From an uncultured Lacihabitans sp. (lineage in GTDB: Bacteria; Bacteroidota; Bacteroidia; Cytophagales; Spirosomataceae): DNA of 32,000 bases. The notes beneath the pieces are model-generated. The model did no database searches. It was not told the DNA's origin and saw only the letters and a list, made by a program, of their open reading frames with translations. The stretch is taken from the NCBI GenBank assembly GCA_964563435.1, contig CAZLXI010000001.1, positions 60,180-92,179 of the forward strand. The letters are read 5' to 3'. Of the stretch, positions 16,999-27,577 are shown piece by piece; the stretch's first letter is position 1, and every line of letters begins with the position of its first letter. A program made the translations under genes and the position numbers.

Positions 16999-18690
16999 TC
17001 ATTCTCCTTTCCGTTGAAACAGAAAGGCAATTCCGATTACCAGGATTACCCCTATGGGGTTCAGCCATAAAAACGGCAGAACGGCACGTTGCTCCGTAAA
17101 GAAATACCAGATTACGATCACCAGCACCTGCGCAATCACTGCTGCATAGAAGGCTGCCGCAGGGCCTATACGCTTGAAATAAAAAGCGATGATAAAAACT
17201 CCCAGGATAACGCCGTAAAACCAGGAACCGATAACATTTACCAGCTCAATCATGCTGCTGCCTGTACGCTGCACGGCAATGGCCACCAGGATGATAAGGA
17301 TACCCCACAGCACGGTCAGGGCCTTGGTCATTTTCAGTTCTTTTTTTTCGCTTCCTACCTGCAGGTTTGTTACTTTGATCACATCGGTAATGGAGGTAGC
17401 CGCCAGCGCCGACAAGGCCGAAGCGATAGCTCCCACCGAAGCGCAGATAATCACCGCTATCAGTATCCCTATGAAACCGTGCGGGAGCTTATTCATCACA
17501 AAATTCAGGAAAACAAAGTTGATATCTTTGTCATTTCCGCCCGGGTCACTTTTTTTGATCAGGGAGGCCACCTCTGACCGGATCCCTTTCTCCTGGTCGA
17601 GGTAATGATTGAGATCAACGGCCAGGCGGTCTGCCTCCGGGGTATTTCCCGCCTGCAACGCACGGTTCAGCTCCTGCGCCGCCTGCTTTTTAAGCAAACC
17701 GTTTTCCCGGTTTCGGGCTTCCAGATCATAGTATTCCTGCGCATAAGCGCTTTCTGTAAGCTTCTTCACTTCTACCGGATTATGAAAAGCCGGGGTTTCG
17801 TTAAACAGGTAGAAAATAAATACGAAGACACCGATCAGAATAATAAAGAACTGCATCGGTATCTTTACAAAGCCATTCAACATGAGCCCTATACGGCTTT
17901 CGGAAACCGACCGGCCCGTCAGGAAACGTCCCACCTGCGACTGATCCGTACCGAAATAGGACAGCTGCAGGAAGAATCCGCCAATCAGCCCGGACCAGAG
18001 ATTATATTTTGATTCCGGGTTCAGGCTGAGAATATTCATTTTCCCTGCTTTACCTGCCATTTTCAGGCCGCGGGTGATGTTCAGGTCATCGGGGAGCAAT
18101 GCGAGGATGAAAAAAGAGGCAATGAACAAGGCCACCGTCATAAACATCATCTGCTGAAAATGGGTGTGGGAAATGGCTTTGGTTCCCCCTATGGTAGTAA
18201 AAAGGAGTACAATACCACCCAGGAGGATATTAGTGTAGGTCAGGTCCCAGGAGAACAGGGTGGAAACGATGATGGCCGGTGCATACACAGCCAGGCCGGT
18301 GGCCAGCCCGCGGCTCAGCAAAAAGAGCACGGCCGTAAAGATCCGGACCCGGTTATCAAAACGGGTTTGAAGATACTCATAAGCCGTATACACTTTCAGA
18401 CGGTGGAAGATGGGCACGAAAGTGATACTCAGCACGATCATGGCCAGGGGAAGCCCCAGGTAAAACTGTACGAAGGCCATTCCGTTGGCAAAGCCTTCGC
18501 CCGGAGCCGACAAAAAAGTAATGGCAGAGGCCTGGGTAGCCATGAGCGAAAAACCCACATGGTACCAGGGCATGGACCGGTTTCCGAGGAGATAGCTGTC
18601 CAGGTTTTTATCTTTCCGGTTTTTATATATCCCGTAAAGAAGGATAATGGAAAATGTCAATAAAAGGAGAATCCAATCAATAAGCTTCAT
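16999..18690 (-). CDS. Sodium:solute symporter (SSS/SLC5) family transporter
   Basis: Polytopic membrane protein. Trimmed to the ATG at 18690 (MKLIDWILLLL), giving 563 aa. Has SSS-like helices plus a hydrophilic insert of about 90 aa (…AYAQEYYDLEARNRENGLLKKQAAQEL…). Confidence 0.85.
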   Translation of the reverse strand: MKLIDWILLLLTFSIILLYGIYKNRKDKNLDSYLLGNRSMPWYHVGFSLMATQASAITFLSAPGEGFANGMAFVQFYLGLPLAMIVLSITFVPIFHRLKVYTAYEYLQTRFDNRVRIFTAVLFLLSRGLATGLAVYAPAIIVSTLFSWDLTYTNILLGGIVLLFTTIGGTKAISHTHFQQMMFMTVALFIASFFILALLPDDLNITRGLKMAGKAGKMNILSLNPESKYNLWSGLIGGFFLQLSYFGTDQSQVGRFLTGRSVSESRIGLMLNGFVKIPMQFFIILIGVFVFIFYLFNETPAFHNPVEVKKLTESAYAQEYYDLEARNRENGLLKKQAAQELNRALQAGNTPEADRLAVDLNHYLDQEKGIRSEVASLIKKSDPGGNDKDINFVFLNFVMNKLPHGFIGILIAVIICASVGAIASALSALAATSITDVIKVTNLQVGSEKKELKMTKALTVLWGILIILVAIAVQRTGSSMIELVNVIGSWFYGVILGVFIIAFYFKRIGPAAAFYAAVIAQVLVIVIWYFFTEQRAVLPFLWLNPIGVILVIGIAFLFQRKGE

Positions 18691-18795
18691 TATCAGGAAA
18701 AATACACGGTGAGAAAGTAAAAAGCAATGACCTGGAAAATCAAAAATCCTATCTGCCACGCGTACACCCGCTTTATTTTCCTGCTTTTATTCATA

Positions 18796-20928
18796 TTAAT
18801 TTAATACGGCTAACATTTCTTTGGCCTTTGGCAGCAGATCAGAGGCCGGATACGAGCGGACAAAATCGCTCAACGCAATGTAGTATTCATCTCGCGAGCC
18901 TGTTTTACCCAGTGCAAAGATCCGCAGAAGGGCCATTTTATCTTCTACCTGGCTGCCTACATATTCATTCATTCCCTCTTCCAGCATGCTGACCGCTTCC
19001 GCCAACATCCCTTCATCATAAAGCCGGTAGGCGTTTTTGTATAGCTCCAGGGCCTGCACTTCGCGATCGCGGGTCATGGTGACCGTGCCTTTCCGGATCT
19101 GCCGGCCAAAGGAAGTATTGGGATAATCTTTCACCAAACGGGCTGCATAGGCACTTTGCAAAGGATTTTCTTCAGCCAGGGCCAGGTAATATAACACCTC
19201 AGGCTCATAGCTCGACTTTGGAAAATCTTCTAGGAACTCCCGAAAACTTGCATTGGCCTTTTCCTCGTCCTTAAATTTCAGCTTATAGATTCTCGCTATC
19301 CGGAAAGCGGCTTCTTCCTGCTTCCGTTTGGAGGCGATCTGCTGGATTTTGGTGACGGGTATACGCTTCTTAAACTCTTTGATCTCGTCTTCTATCGCCT
19401 TTTTCTCATTTTCTTCTGCCGACAGCTGCCCGGAAGAAGTATTGGGAATCACCGGCTGCACTACGGGCTGCTCCACCATCCGGCGCTCCGTTTCGCTGAA
19501 AACAAAAGAAGTGGAAGATTTTTCCGTACGGCGCCAGTTATCTTCCAGCGGACGGTTCCCCCATATCCGTACAAACTCGTTTTTTTCCTTTATCGCCTCT
19601 TTCGGATCGTATAATCTCCATTTTTTTCCGGGAGAAACGGCCGCTGAAGTTTCCGTTGAGGCTCCGCTCTGCAACTCCTGGCTTCTCTTTAATTCCGCTC
19701 TTTTGGCCAGAATGGATTTTTCCAGCTTCTGATCCAGTACTTCCGGACTCAATGCCGCCAGACGCTGCAGGCTGTCTTCGAGGTCATACACCTTTTTGTA
19801 TTTGATAAATTCATTCAGGTACATGGCCCTGTCGTTGATATCGGTACGCATGAGATAGGTCCGAGGAAGCGTGATCACCGTGCTGTCATAATATACTGCA
19901 GCATGCTCATAGTCGGCCAGGTCATCCAGATAAACATCCCCGATCGCCTTGTATGCAAAGCCTTTGCTGAGCGGATCTCCTTCTGACTCCCGGGCCGATC
20001 TTTCATAATAGCTGATGGCTTCAGCGGTTTTTTTCCTGCGGCGCGCGGTTTCGCCCATCTTATAGTAGATCTTATACCTGAGGTCCTGGTTTTTACGATC
20101 CTCGAGCATCTTTCCGAATAGCTGATCGGTATCATGGGCCAGCGACTCGGTCATCATCAGCCCCAGTTGAGCATTGAAAACCAGCTCGTATTCAGGCTTG
20201 TTTTTCATCGCCATCCGGAAATTCCGGCGTGCCATCGTTCCCTGGTTGAGTTCGTTGTATAATTGCCCCAGTATAAAATGATAACGGGCCTTTTCGCCGC
20301 CTTTCTTCATTCCTTTAACAGCTTCTTCGAGTAACACCGCAGTAACAGCCTTCTCTCCCCTGATCTGGTTGTAGTAAGCGATGTTCAGCAGATAAGTATG
20401 CCGGTTTCGCTTACTAAGGGTCCGGCTCTTGAGAAGTGTGGACAGCTGATCTGCGTTCTGAAAATCGCCTAACTCTATATAGGCACGCATCATCTGGGTG
20501 AGCGCTTCCGTTTTCATTTCCTCCGAGGAAGAAACACTGTTCAGGTATTTATAGGTTTCAATGGCATTTTCAAACTCTCCCTTCAGGATACGCGCCTCAC
20601 CGATAAGCAGATAAGCCTCATCCAGGTATTTGCTGTTAGAATGCTTTTCTGCGATGATAGACGATTTTTTAATAGCATCGATCAGGTAAAATTTTGCGGT
20701 ATCGAGCCGGGTAGAGTCAATCGGGCGATATATTGGCAAAACGGCCTCATAGTTATCCCGGTAGTTGGCGGCAATATACTCTTTGGCGACATCAATGTCT
20801 TCACGGGAGATCAGCAGGGCATTAAAACGGGAATTCATATTGTGCCAACTCCTGCTCAGCAGACCGTTATTGTACTGCGAACATGAACTAAGCGTCAGAA
20901 AAATCACATAGGGAATGAGTTTTCGCAC
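18796..20928 (-). CDS. TPR-repeat lipoprotein, probable T9SS/gliding component PorW/SprE-like
   Basis: 710 aa with a GTG start and a lipoprotein signal (VIFLTLSSC). The N-terminal WHNMNSRFNAL...NYRDNYEAVLPIY resembles my recollection of the SprE/PorW N-terminus. Multiple TPR-like repeats. The family assignment needs an HMM check. Confidence 0.55.
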   Translation of the reverse strand: MRKLIPYVIFLTLSSCSQYNNGLLSRSWHNMNSRFNALLISREDIDVAKEYIAANYRDNYEAVLPIYRPIDSTRLDTAKFYLIDAIKKSSIIAEKHSNSKYLDEAYLLIGEARILKGEFENAIETYKYLNSVSSSEEMKTEALTQMMRAYIELGDFQNADQLSTLLKSRTLSKRNRHTYLLNIAYYNQIRGEKAVTAVLLEEAVKGMKKGGEKARYHFILGQLYNELNQGTMARRNFRMAMKNKPEYELVFNAQLGLMMTESLAHDTDQLFGKMLEDRKNQDLRYKIYYKMGETARRRKKTAEAISYYERSARESEGDPLSKGFAYKAIGDVYLDDLADYEHAAVYYDSTVITLPRTYLMRTDINDRAMYLNEFIKYKKVYDLEDSLQRLAALSPEVLDQKLEKSILAKRAELKRSQELQSGASTETSAAVSPGKKWRLYDPKEAIKEKNEFVRIWGNRPLEDNWRRTEKSSTSFVFSETERRMVEQPVVQPVIPNTSSGQLSAEENEKKAIEDEIKEFKKRIPVTKIQQIASKRKQEEAAFRIARIYKLKFKDEEKANASFREFLEDFPKSSYEPEVLYYLALAEENPLQSAYAARLVKDYPNTSFGRQIRKGTVTMTRDREVQALELYKNAYRLYDEGMLAEAVSMLEEGMNEYVGSQVEDKMALLRIFALGKTGSRDEYYIALSDFVRSYPASDLLPKAKEMLAVLN

Positions 20929-21014
20929 AAAAAACAGAATTTGTTAACTATTTAACGCAAAAGCGGCCTGATAAGTATCCATCAGACTGCAAAGTACAAA
21001 GAGGATTCCGAAAC

Positions 21015-21869
21015 TTAAAATTTCAACCCGAAATCACTGAGTTTGCCAATATCTCCTGCCCGGTAACCTTTGTCGGTTTCCACTATCCTGCAGGCTTCAT
21101 GCGCTACATCGTGGTCAAAGAACAGAATGACGTCTTCCCGGATCAGCCGGTCGATAAGTTCCTTTTTTTCGTCCATCGACTTTAGGGGAGCAATATCGTA
21201 AGACATCACATAAGGAATATGGATATGGGCAAACGTGGGTACGGTATCGGCCGCAAATATGATCTTTTTATCCCGGAAACGGATCAGCGTCATGATCATC
21301 TTCTCCGTATGCCCGTCAACATAGGTAAATTCGAAGGCATTGCTGAAACCGTGCGTATCCTTATCGATAAAATACAGCTGCCCGGCTTCGGTAAGCGGCT
21401 GTATGTTTTCTTTCAGGAAAGTAGCCTTTTCCCGGGCATTGGGATGTGTGGCCGACTCATAATGCCCGGAGTGCGTCCAGTATTTTGCTGCCGGAAACAC
21501 GGGCCGGTAGAATTCGCGTGAGGCGTCCCATTCGACTGCCCCGCCGCAATGATCAAAATGCAGGTGCGACAAGATCACGTCGGTCACTTCAGAAACATCG
21601 TAGCCGGCTTCCCGGATCGACTTCTTTAATTCCCCTTCCCCGTTTCTGTAATAATAACTTTGCCACTTTTCGGGCTGTTTTTCGCCCATTCCCGTATCGA
21701 TCAACACCAGCCGCGGACCCTCTTCTACCAGAAGGCAACGCATCTTGAAGTTACACATATTGTTCTCATCCGCAGGAATGGACCTACTCCAGATCGACTT
21801 GGGCACTACTCCGAACATGGCCCCGCCATCCAGCTTAAAATTTCCGGCGTCAATAACCGATAGTCTCAT
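21015..21869 (-). CDS. MBL-fold metallo-hydrolase (lactonase-like), no signal peptide
   Basis: 284 aa with the HxHxDH motif (SHLHFDHCGG) and N-terminal DGGAMFGVVPK. Its ATG overlaps the upstream protease stop codon (ATGA). Confidence 0.85.
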   Translation of the reverse strand: MRLSVIDAGNFKLDGGAMFGVVPKSIWSRSIPADENNMCNFKMRCLLVEEGPRLVLIDTGMGEKQPEKWQSYYYRNGEGELKKSIREAGYDVSEVTDVILSHLHFDHCGGAVEWDASREFYRPVFPAAKYWTHSGHYESATHPNAREKATFLKENIQPLTEAGQLYFIDKDTHGFSNAFEFTYVDGHTEKMIMTLIRFRDKKIIFAADTVPTFAHIHIPYVMSYDIAPLKSMDEKKELIDRLIREDVILFFDHDVAHEACRIVETDKGYRAGDIGKLSDFGLKF

Positions 21870-24475
21870 AGTTTGGTAAATCTTTTGAAAACGGACCCTT
21901 TGGCCTCCTTTACCTGCAGCACATAGTTTCCGGACGGTAGTGCTGTCACTCCTATCCGGTGGCTGAATCCGGTCTCCGTAGCGTTCACATGCTCATGGTA
22001 TACCTTAGCCCCACTCAGGGAAAAGATCTCCAGCTGCACTTTCTGCGCTTCACTAAGCGTCATCTCAATATCGATATGCTCGGTAGAAGGGTTGGGATAC
22101 AGCGTTATGCCGTACCCGGGCTTTTCTTCGTTAGCCAGGATCACCGGCGCGTTTTCCTGGATATAGAGGTTATCAATAGCCCAGCCCCAGCCGTTGGTGA
22201 GCTGATCGGAGTACAGGCGAAAACGCAAAAGCAGCGGATGCCCGGCACTCACTGACAATGTCGCGGTATTGATCAGTAAAGTCCGTTTTTTCATCAGGGT
22301 CACATTTCCTTTGGCCAGGGAATTGGGGTATTCTCCGGTGCTCATATTACTATTAAACCGGTTTAGCCACAAATTATTGGCCCGGCTGTCGTATCCGTCT
22401 TCGAGGGGAAACCAGTCGGCACCGTTCACGGAGCCTTCTACCACTACGTAATCGTAAAAACCGTCATCCCCGTAAGCTGCTCCGCTCTCACCGGGTTCTA
22501 TCAGTACCACCTCGTCAAAGGTGACCAGCGTATTGGATCCCTGGCCTACACGAAGAGGATAGCGCAACATGGCCACATCATTGCGGTCGAAATTGACCAG
22601 CACGCCTCTGCCGCCGGGGTCTATCAGTCCGAGGCCGTTCCGGTAAGGATGCGGGCTATGGAGTGCGGCCGTCGGGAAGCCCTCTTCCGCCCCCACTTTA
22701 AAGCCGACCATGGCAAAGTCATCTTCTGCATTCTCAAAGTCGGTAGAATAGGAGTCGCGGTTATTCAGCAGGCTGGTTACTGTAAATTCATAAAAGGAGG
22801 GCACCGCCGGGTCGGCACTCCGGGTGCTGGTGTATTCGGTGGGAAGTGTGGTGCTGTTGCCCGTCTTGTCCCTTGCCACCAGCTGGTAGCGGATCTGGTC
22901 TCCGGCTTTTAACCCGGGAACGGGGTCTATCAACACATACAGGTCCTTATCATCATAACCGACCGAATATTCAGGTCCGTGGACAGCCACATCATATTTC
23001 TGCATGGCCACCGAGGCCTGCGCTCCGCCGTTCACCTGGTAATTCAGGGTCACCGAGGCCAGTCCTTCGTGAAAATCGTCTTCCACCACTGCGCCAAAGA
23101 CCTTCGGAAAACTCACCTCTTCCACACTCAGAGGCCAGTGTATCATCGTTGGAGCTGTCGCGTCATTACCGAAGCTAAAAGCATAAACATACTGTGTGGT
23201 ATTGAAACCGTTGGTGCCCGGCGACCGGACCGTACTTCCGAAGTTGTCCTGTACCTCAAAATAGTATCTTACCTCGGCTACCGATGGCGGGAAGGTGATC
23301 TCCACCGAATATTCATTGGTACCGGGTGTCCGGACCAGGTCCACGCTTTGTGTACCGCCGGAAGTCTGGTAGTAAAGTTTTGCCGTTCCTTCTTTCAGGG
23401 TGGTATCCGACAGGATGTTTGCTTTAAAAGTAACCGGGGTATTCTGAGGAAAATTCTTTAAACGTTCATGTGCAATCGAGGTGCTCTTCCAACCCATTTC
23501 ATAAAGAGCGGACAAAGCCAATGGGCCCGGATCATGAGTGACCTCCATAGATTGTGCAGTGGAGGTCATCAACGCATTCACTGTGCCGGTCGGGTAGCTG
23601 CTATCATTCAGGTGCGCGATGCTCCCTCCCTGCCGGAAAGGCGAAGGCGCAAAAAGGCGGGGCCGTTCGATGCCGGTTCCCTTCTCAAAGTACAGGGCAT
23701 TTCCGGTGAGCTCCTGGTACAGGGCCTGGGTGTTTTTTTTAAAAACCGTGGTATCTACCAGGTTAAGGCCCATTTCATTCTCTATAAAAATATCATAGAC
23801 CGACTTATAGGGGGTGCCAAAACCGTAATTGCCCATCTGGCCGGATACGCTCATGGTGGAAATAAAACCAAGGCCATGACCCAGCTCATGCAAAACGATG
23901 GTCGTAAAATCAAAAGTTCCCGACCGGATGTTCTCCGGATCACCGTAGTGCCAGGGGATGCTGCTGTTAAACCAGCAATAGATATCTCCTTCAGCATCGC
24001 TGTTTAAAGGCCGGCCGGCCAGCTTTTCGGCCAAAGCTATAGGATAATAAGTGTTTGCGTAGCGGGCACCCTCAAAACCGATCAGGAATTCCGACGTATT
24101 GGCCGCCCCCAGTGTGGTAGCCCCCAACACCTCCCAACTGGCAAACACCCGGATAGGTACTTCGGAATACACCAGGTGTTCCCAGATCTCCACTGCCCGC
24201 TGAAAAGCGGCTTTCGCATCTTCAGGAAAGCCTTCGTAGGTCACAATGAACTGTGATTTTTTTTCGGCCTGCCCCCTGAGACCCCGTGCCTTACGGATAA
24301 AATCCTGCGCCGCCACAATTGAAAAGTGATCTTCATGATTACCGGGACAGACCACAGCCTGCCCTCTGAACGTTTTCATCTTATCTTTATACAGCGTCTG
24401 AGAGATAACCGAACCGGCACTCCCCAAAAGCAAAAGACCAATAAGTAATATTTTTTTCATACGATTCTGATTCAT
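21866..24475 (-). CDS. Secreted zinc metalloprotease with a T9SS C-terminal sorting domain
   Basis: 869 aa. Signal peptide ([20 protein letters not shown]), zincin motif (HELGHGLGF) and a C-terminal domain of about 80 aa ([16 protein letters not shown]...YVLQV...) typical of T9SS type A CTDs. An alternative ATG lies at 24460. Confidence 0.8.
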   Translation of the reverse strand: MNQNRMKKILLIGLLLLGSAGSVISQTLYKDKMKTFRGQAVVCPGNHEDHFSIVAAQDFIRKARGLRGQAEKKSQFIVTYEGFPEDAKAAFQRAVEIWEHLVYSEVPIRVFASWEVLGATTLGAANTSEFLIGFEGARYANTYYPIALAEKLAGRPLNSDAEGDIYCWFNSSIPWHYGDPENIRSGTFDFTTIVLHELGHGLGFISTMSVSGQMGNYGFGTPYKSVYDIFIENEMGLNLVDTTVFKKNTQALYQELTGNALYFEKGTGIERPRLFAPSPFRQGGSIAHLNDSSYPTGTVNALMTSTAQSMEVTHDPGPLALSALYEMGWKSTSIAHERLKNFPQNTPVTFKANILSDTTLKEGTAKLYYQTSGGTQSVDLVRTPGTNEYSVEITFPPSVAEVRYYFEVQDNFGSTVRSPGTNGFNTTQYVYAFSFGNDATAPTMIHWPLSVEEVSFPKVFGAVVEDDFHEGLASVTLNYQVNGGAQASVAMQKYDVAVHGPEYSVGYDDKDLYVLIDPVPGLKAGDQIRYQLVARDKTGNSTTLPTEYTSTRSADPAVPSFYEFTVTSLLNNRDSYSTDFENAEDDFAMVGFKVGAEEGFPTAALHSPHPYRNGLGLIDPGGRGVLVNFDRNDVAMLRYPLRVGQGSNTLVTFDEVVLIEPGESGAAYGDDGFYDYVVVEGSVNGADWFPLEDGYDSRANNLWLNRFNSNMSTGEYPNSLAKGNVTLMKKRTLLINTATLSVSAGHPLLLRFRLYSDQLTNGWGWAIDNLYIQENAPVILANEEKPGYGITLYPNPSTEHIDIEMTLSEAQKVQLEIFSLSGAKVYHEHVNATETGFSHRIGVTALPSGNYVLQVKEAKGSVFKRFTKL

Positions 24476-24526
24476 CGAAAAACACTCAGCAAATATTGTT
24501 CAAATACAGATACGTAAAAATGGTGC

Positions 24527-24534
24527 TATTTTTG
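24527..24534 (+). promoter_or_regulatory. Candidate -7 box (TAttTTTG) immediately upstream of recQ
   Basis: TATTTTTG at 24527-24534 lies only 5 nt before the recQ ATG (24540). No well-spaced -33 TTG was found. Confidence 0.25.
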
Positions 24535-24539
24535 CATTT

Positions 24540-26471
24540 ATGACTGATAAAAGTGAAAAAATAATATTCGACCCCGAAAACGTTCTGCAACATTTCTGGG
24601 GTTACGATGCTTTCCGGCCTCTCCAGAAAGATATTATTTTAAATGTTCTGGCCTGCCGGGACACACTGGCCATTCTGCCTACAGGCGGCGGGAAGTCGGT
24701 TTGTTTCCAGGTGCCGGCGCTGATGCTGAACGGGATCTGCCTGGTCATTTCTCCGTTAATCGCGCTTATGAAAGACCAGGTCTTCCAGCTTCAGAAAAGA
24801 AAGATAAGCGCGGCCGCCATTTATGCGGGCATGAATAATCAGGCGGTCACCGACACCCTCAATCAGGCCATAGATGGTCATATCCGCTTCCTGTATGTTT
24901 CTCCCGAAAGATTGAAAACCACTGCATTCAAAAACGCGCTGAATTACCTTAAAATAGGGCTACTGGCCGTGGATGAGGCCCACTGTATCTCCAAATGGGG
25001 CCATGACTTCCGTCCGGCTTACCTTGATATCAGCGAAATAAGATCTTTTACCTCCGGGCAGAAATACCCGGTAATCGCCCTTACGGCCACCGCTACCAAG
25101 GAAGTGAGAAAAGATATTATTGAACGCCTTTCTCTCCGTATGCCGGAAATATACGTACGGTCGTTTGCCCGCGAAAACCTTGCCTACCGGGTGGTATGCT
25201 CCGACCAGAAGGAGGTGCACCTGCTGGAGTTTCTCAAAAAAAAGAGCGGCCCGGCCATTGTTTATACCCGGACGCGTAAAAGAACGGTGGAAATTGCTGC
25301 CTACCTGAGCAAAAACGGGATAACGGCCGACTTCTATCATGCCGGGCTCCCCCTTCCGGAGAGGAACAAAAAGCAGGACCATTGGCTGGCCGGAGCCGAT
25401 GCCGTAATGGTCGCCACCAATGCCTTCGGTATGGGCATCGATAAAGCTGACGTCAGAACCGTGGTTCATACAGACCTATGCGATAACCTGGAAGCCTACT
25501 ACCAGGAGTCTGGCAGGGCCGGAAGAGACGGGAAACCCTGCACCGCACTACTGCTTTACAATAAAAGCGACATCCTGACCCTGGAAAAGAACCTGAACAT
25601 GAAGTATCCCGACCGTGCGGTGCTTCAGCAGGTTTACCAGTGCCTTGCCAATTACTACCAGGTACCTCTGGGAGAACTGGAGTATGGTTTCCACGACTTT
25701 GATCTCTACCGCTTTGCCTCCACATTCGGCCTGGATATGCTACAAACCCATTATGCACTGAAGCTGCTGGAGTCGCAGAATATCATTTTTTTGTCGGAAA
25801 GCTATCATCAGCCTTCCCGGCTGAAGTTTCTTTTCAGGGCCGACCCGCTTATGGATTTCCAGGAAAGGAATCCGGCGGTCAGTGAAACGGTAAAGACCAT
25901 TCTCCGGATTTACGGCGGGGAGGCGTTTCATTCGTTTGTGGATATCCGCGAAAACGAGATCGCCTCTGCGCTCGACGGCTCCTACTCCAAAACCCTCGAA
26001 GCGCTGAATTTCCTTCAGAAACACCGCGTTATCGAATATATTCCCCAGAAATCCGCCCCGCAGCTGAGCTTTCAGGGCTTCCGCTACGATGCCGCGCGCC
26101 TTCCGCTGGATCACCGGCAAATTTCCGAGCGGAAAAGCAGTGACCGGCGATCCATGAAGGCCATGGTGATGTATGTGGAACAGGACCAGCATTGCCGGAT
26201 GACGGTGATCCAGGATTATTTTGACGAGGAAGATCCACACCCTTGCGGGAAATGCGATGTCTGCACGAAAGATAGGGCCGCCGGCTTCTTCGGGCCGGAT
26301 GTGGAAATCCTGAAGGCCGGGATCAGCCGGCTTCTGCCTGCCGGCGTAGAAGACCTGCAACGGTCATTTAGCGCAGAAGAGCGGGAAACCGTAGCCGCGA
26401 TCATCAAAAAAGGGCTGGCTTCCGGAGAACTCGGAATGGACCGTTACGGCTTAATTTTTGTAACCCAATAA
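24540..26471 (+). CDS. recQ: RecQ family ATP-dependent DNA helicase
   Basis: 643 aa. [10 protein letters not shown], motif I (PTGGGKS), DEAH box ([17 protein letters not shown]), [10 protein letters not shown] and a Zn-binding Cys cluster (HCRM...CGKCDVC). Confidence 0.9.
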   Translation: MTDKSEKIIFDPENVLQHFWGYDAFRPLQKDIILNVLACRDTLAILPTGGGKSVCFQVPALMLNGICLVISPLIALMKDQVFQLQKRKISAAAIYAGMNNQAVTDTLNQAIDGHIRFLYVSPERLKTTAFKNALNYLKIGLLAVDEAHCISKWGHDFRPAYLDISEIRSFTSGQKYPVIALTATATKEVRKDIIERLSLRMPEIYVRSFARENLAYRVVCSDQKEVHLLEFLKKKSGPAIVYTRTRKRTVEIAAYLSKNGITADFYHAGLPLPERNKKQDHWLAGADAVMVATNAFGMGIDKADVRTVVHTDLCDNLEAYYQESGRAGRDGKPCTALLLYNKSDILTLEKNLNMKYPDRAVLQQVYQCLANYYQVPLGELEYGFHDFDLYRFASTFGLDMLQTHYALKLLESQNIIFLSESYHQPSRLKFLFRADPLMDFQERNPAVSETVKTILRIYGGEAFHSFVDIRENEIASALDGSYSKTLEALNFLQKHRVIEYIPQKSAPQLSFQGFRYDAARLPLDHRQISERKSSDRRSMKAMVMYVEQDQHCRMTVIQDYFDEEDPHPCGKCDVCTKDRAAGFFGPDVEILKAGISRLLPAGVEDLQRSFSAEERETVAAIIKKGLASGELGMDRYGLIFVTQ

Positions 26472-26542
26472 GGCCTATAAATAGAATAAATTTTATAATT
26501 TGCCACTTTATTGGAGAAGTTTACACTTAAACTATACCTGAG

Positions 26543-26857
26543 ATGAATGCCAGAGAAATAAAGCAGGCCGAACTGGAAGGAGAAATCGAAAATGCAACAC
26601 TGGCTTTAAAAAACCAGCTTTCAGAATACAGGGAAAAAGGCGGAAATGCCCTTATTGTTCTCGGAATTATCGCTTCCGCTTTTGTGCTGTATAAGCTACT
26701 CACCGACGACGACCCGGAAGATGCACCCCAAACTACGGTTAAAAATGAAAGCTTTCTACGGAACGCCCTGATCGGTCTGGTCACTTCTGTAGCGGTAGGC
26801 TTTGCCAAAAACCAGATTTTAGACTTCATCGACCGGCTTATGAATGAAAATAAATAA
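26543..26857 (+). CDS. Hypothetical small membrane protein (2 predicted TM helices)
   Basis: 104-aa ORF. Charged N-terminal helix, then hydrophobic segments ALIVLGIIASAFVLY and LIGLVTSVAVGF. Abuts or overlaps the following GGGPS-like gene. No recognisable family. Confidence 0.5.
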   Translation: MNAREIKQAELEGEIENATLALKNQLSEYREKGGNALIVLGIIASAFVLYKLLTDDDPEDAPQTTVKNESFLRNALIGLVTSVAVGFAKNQILDFIDRLMNENK

Positions 26858-27575
26858 TATGATCAAAAAAGGCTTTGCTGTTCTCCTGGATCCCGACAAG
26901 CTGAATCCCGATTCGCTGGCCGAAAGAATAGCATCTATTAATGATTCATCGGTAGACTATATATTTGTAGGCGGCAGCCTTATTTCTACCGATAATATGG
27001 ACATGGTCTTGTCTGAGCTGGCCGCCAAAACCGCAGTTCCGAAGATCCTGTTTCCCGGAAACAGCCTGCATGTGCATCAGGGGGCCGACGCTATCCTGCT
27101 CCTTTCCCTGATATCGGGTAGAAATCCCGAATTCCTGATCGGACAGCACGTTATTTCAGCTCCGATGCTGAAGCGCAGCGGCCTGGAGATCCTGCCTACA
27201 GGCTACATCCTGGTAGACGGCGGCCGGCCTACTACCGTGAGTTATATCAGCAACACTACCCCCGTTCCGGCCGATAAGCCCGATGTGGCAGCGGCTACGG
27301 CCCTGGCCGGTGAAATGCTGGGTTTACAATACATTTACCTCGATGCCGGGTCGGGCGCCTTGTTCCCGGTGCGGGAAGAGATGATCCGGATGGTGAAAAA
27401 CACCGTATCGGTACCGGTGATTGTAGGCGGGGGTATCCGGACCACCGAAGATGCCCGGAAAGCCTTGTCTGCCGGTGCGGACGTCATTGTCATCGGTAAT
27501 GCTATTGAGAAAGACCCCGGTCTCCTCAACGATATCTCAAAAACCGTGGCCTCTTATAATATATCTCTGGTGTAG
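26844..27575 (+). CDS. Geranylgeranylglyceryl/heptaprenylglyceryl phosphate synthase family protein (PcrB/GGGPS)
   Basis: 243 aa with a TIM-barrel GGGPS layout: LLDPDK, FVGGS, YIYLDAGSG, VIVGGGIRT, ADVIVIGNAIE. An alternative start at 26859 lies 1 nt after the upstream stop. Confidence 0.85.
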   Translation: MKINNMIKKGFAVLLDPDKLNPDSLAERIASINDSSVDYIFVGGSLISTDNMDMVLSELAAKTAVPKILFPGNSLHVHQGADAILLLSLISGRNPEFLIGQHVISAPMLKRSGLEILPTGYILVDGGRPTTVSYISNTTPVPADKPDVAAATALAGEMLGLQYIYLDAGSGALFPVREEMIRMVKNTVSVPVIVGGGIRTTEDARKALSAGADVIVIGNAIEKDPGLLNDISKTVASYNISLV

Positions 27576-27577
27576 AC

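Noticed and set aside
18691-18759. 23-codon upstream extension of the symporter ORF (MADRIFDFPGHC...).
   Set aside because: The extension is not hydrophobic or signal-like. The ATG at 18690 begins directly with the first TM helix (MKLIDWILLLL).
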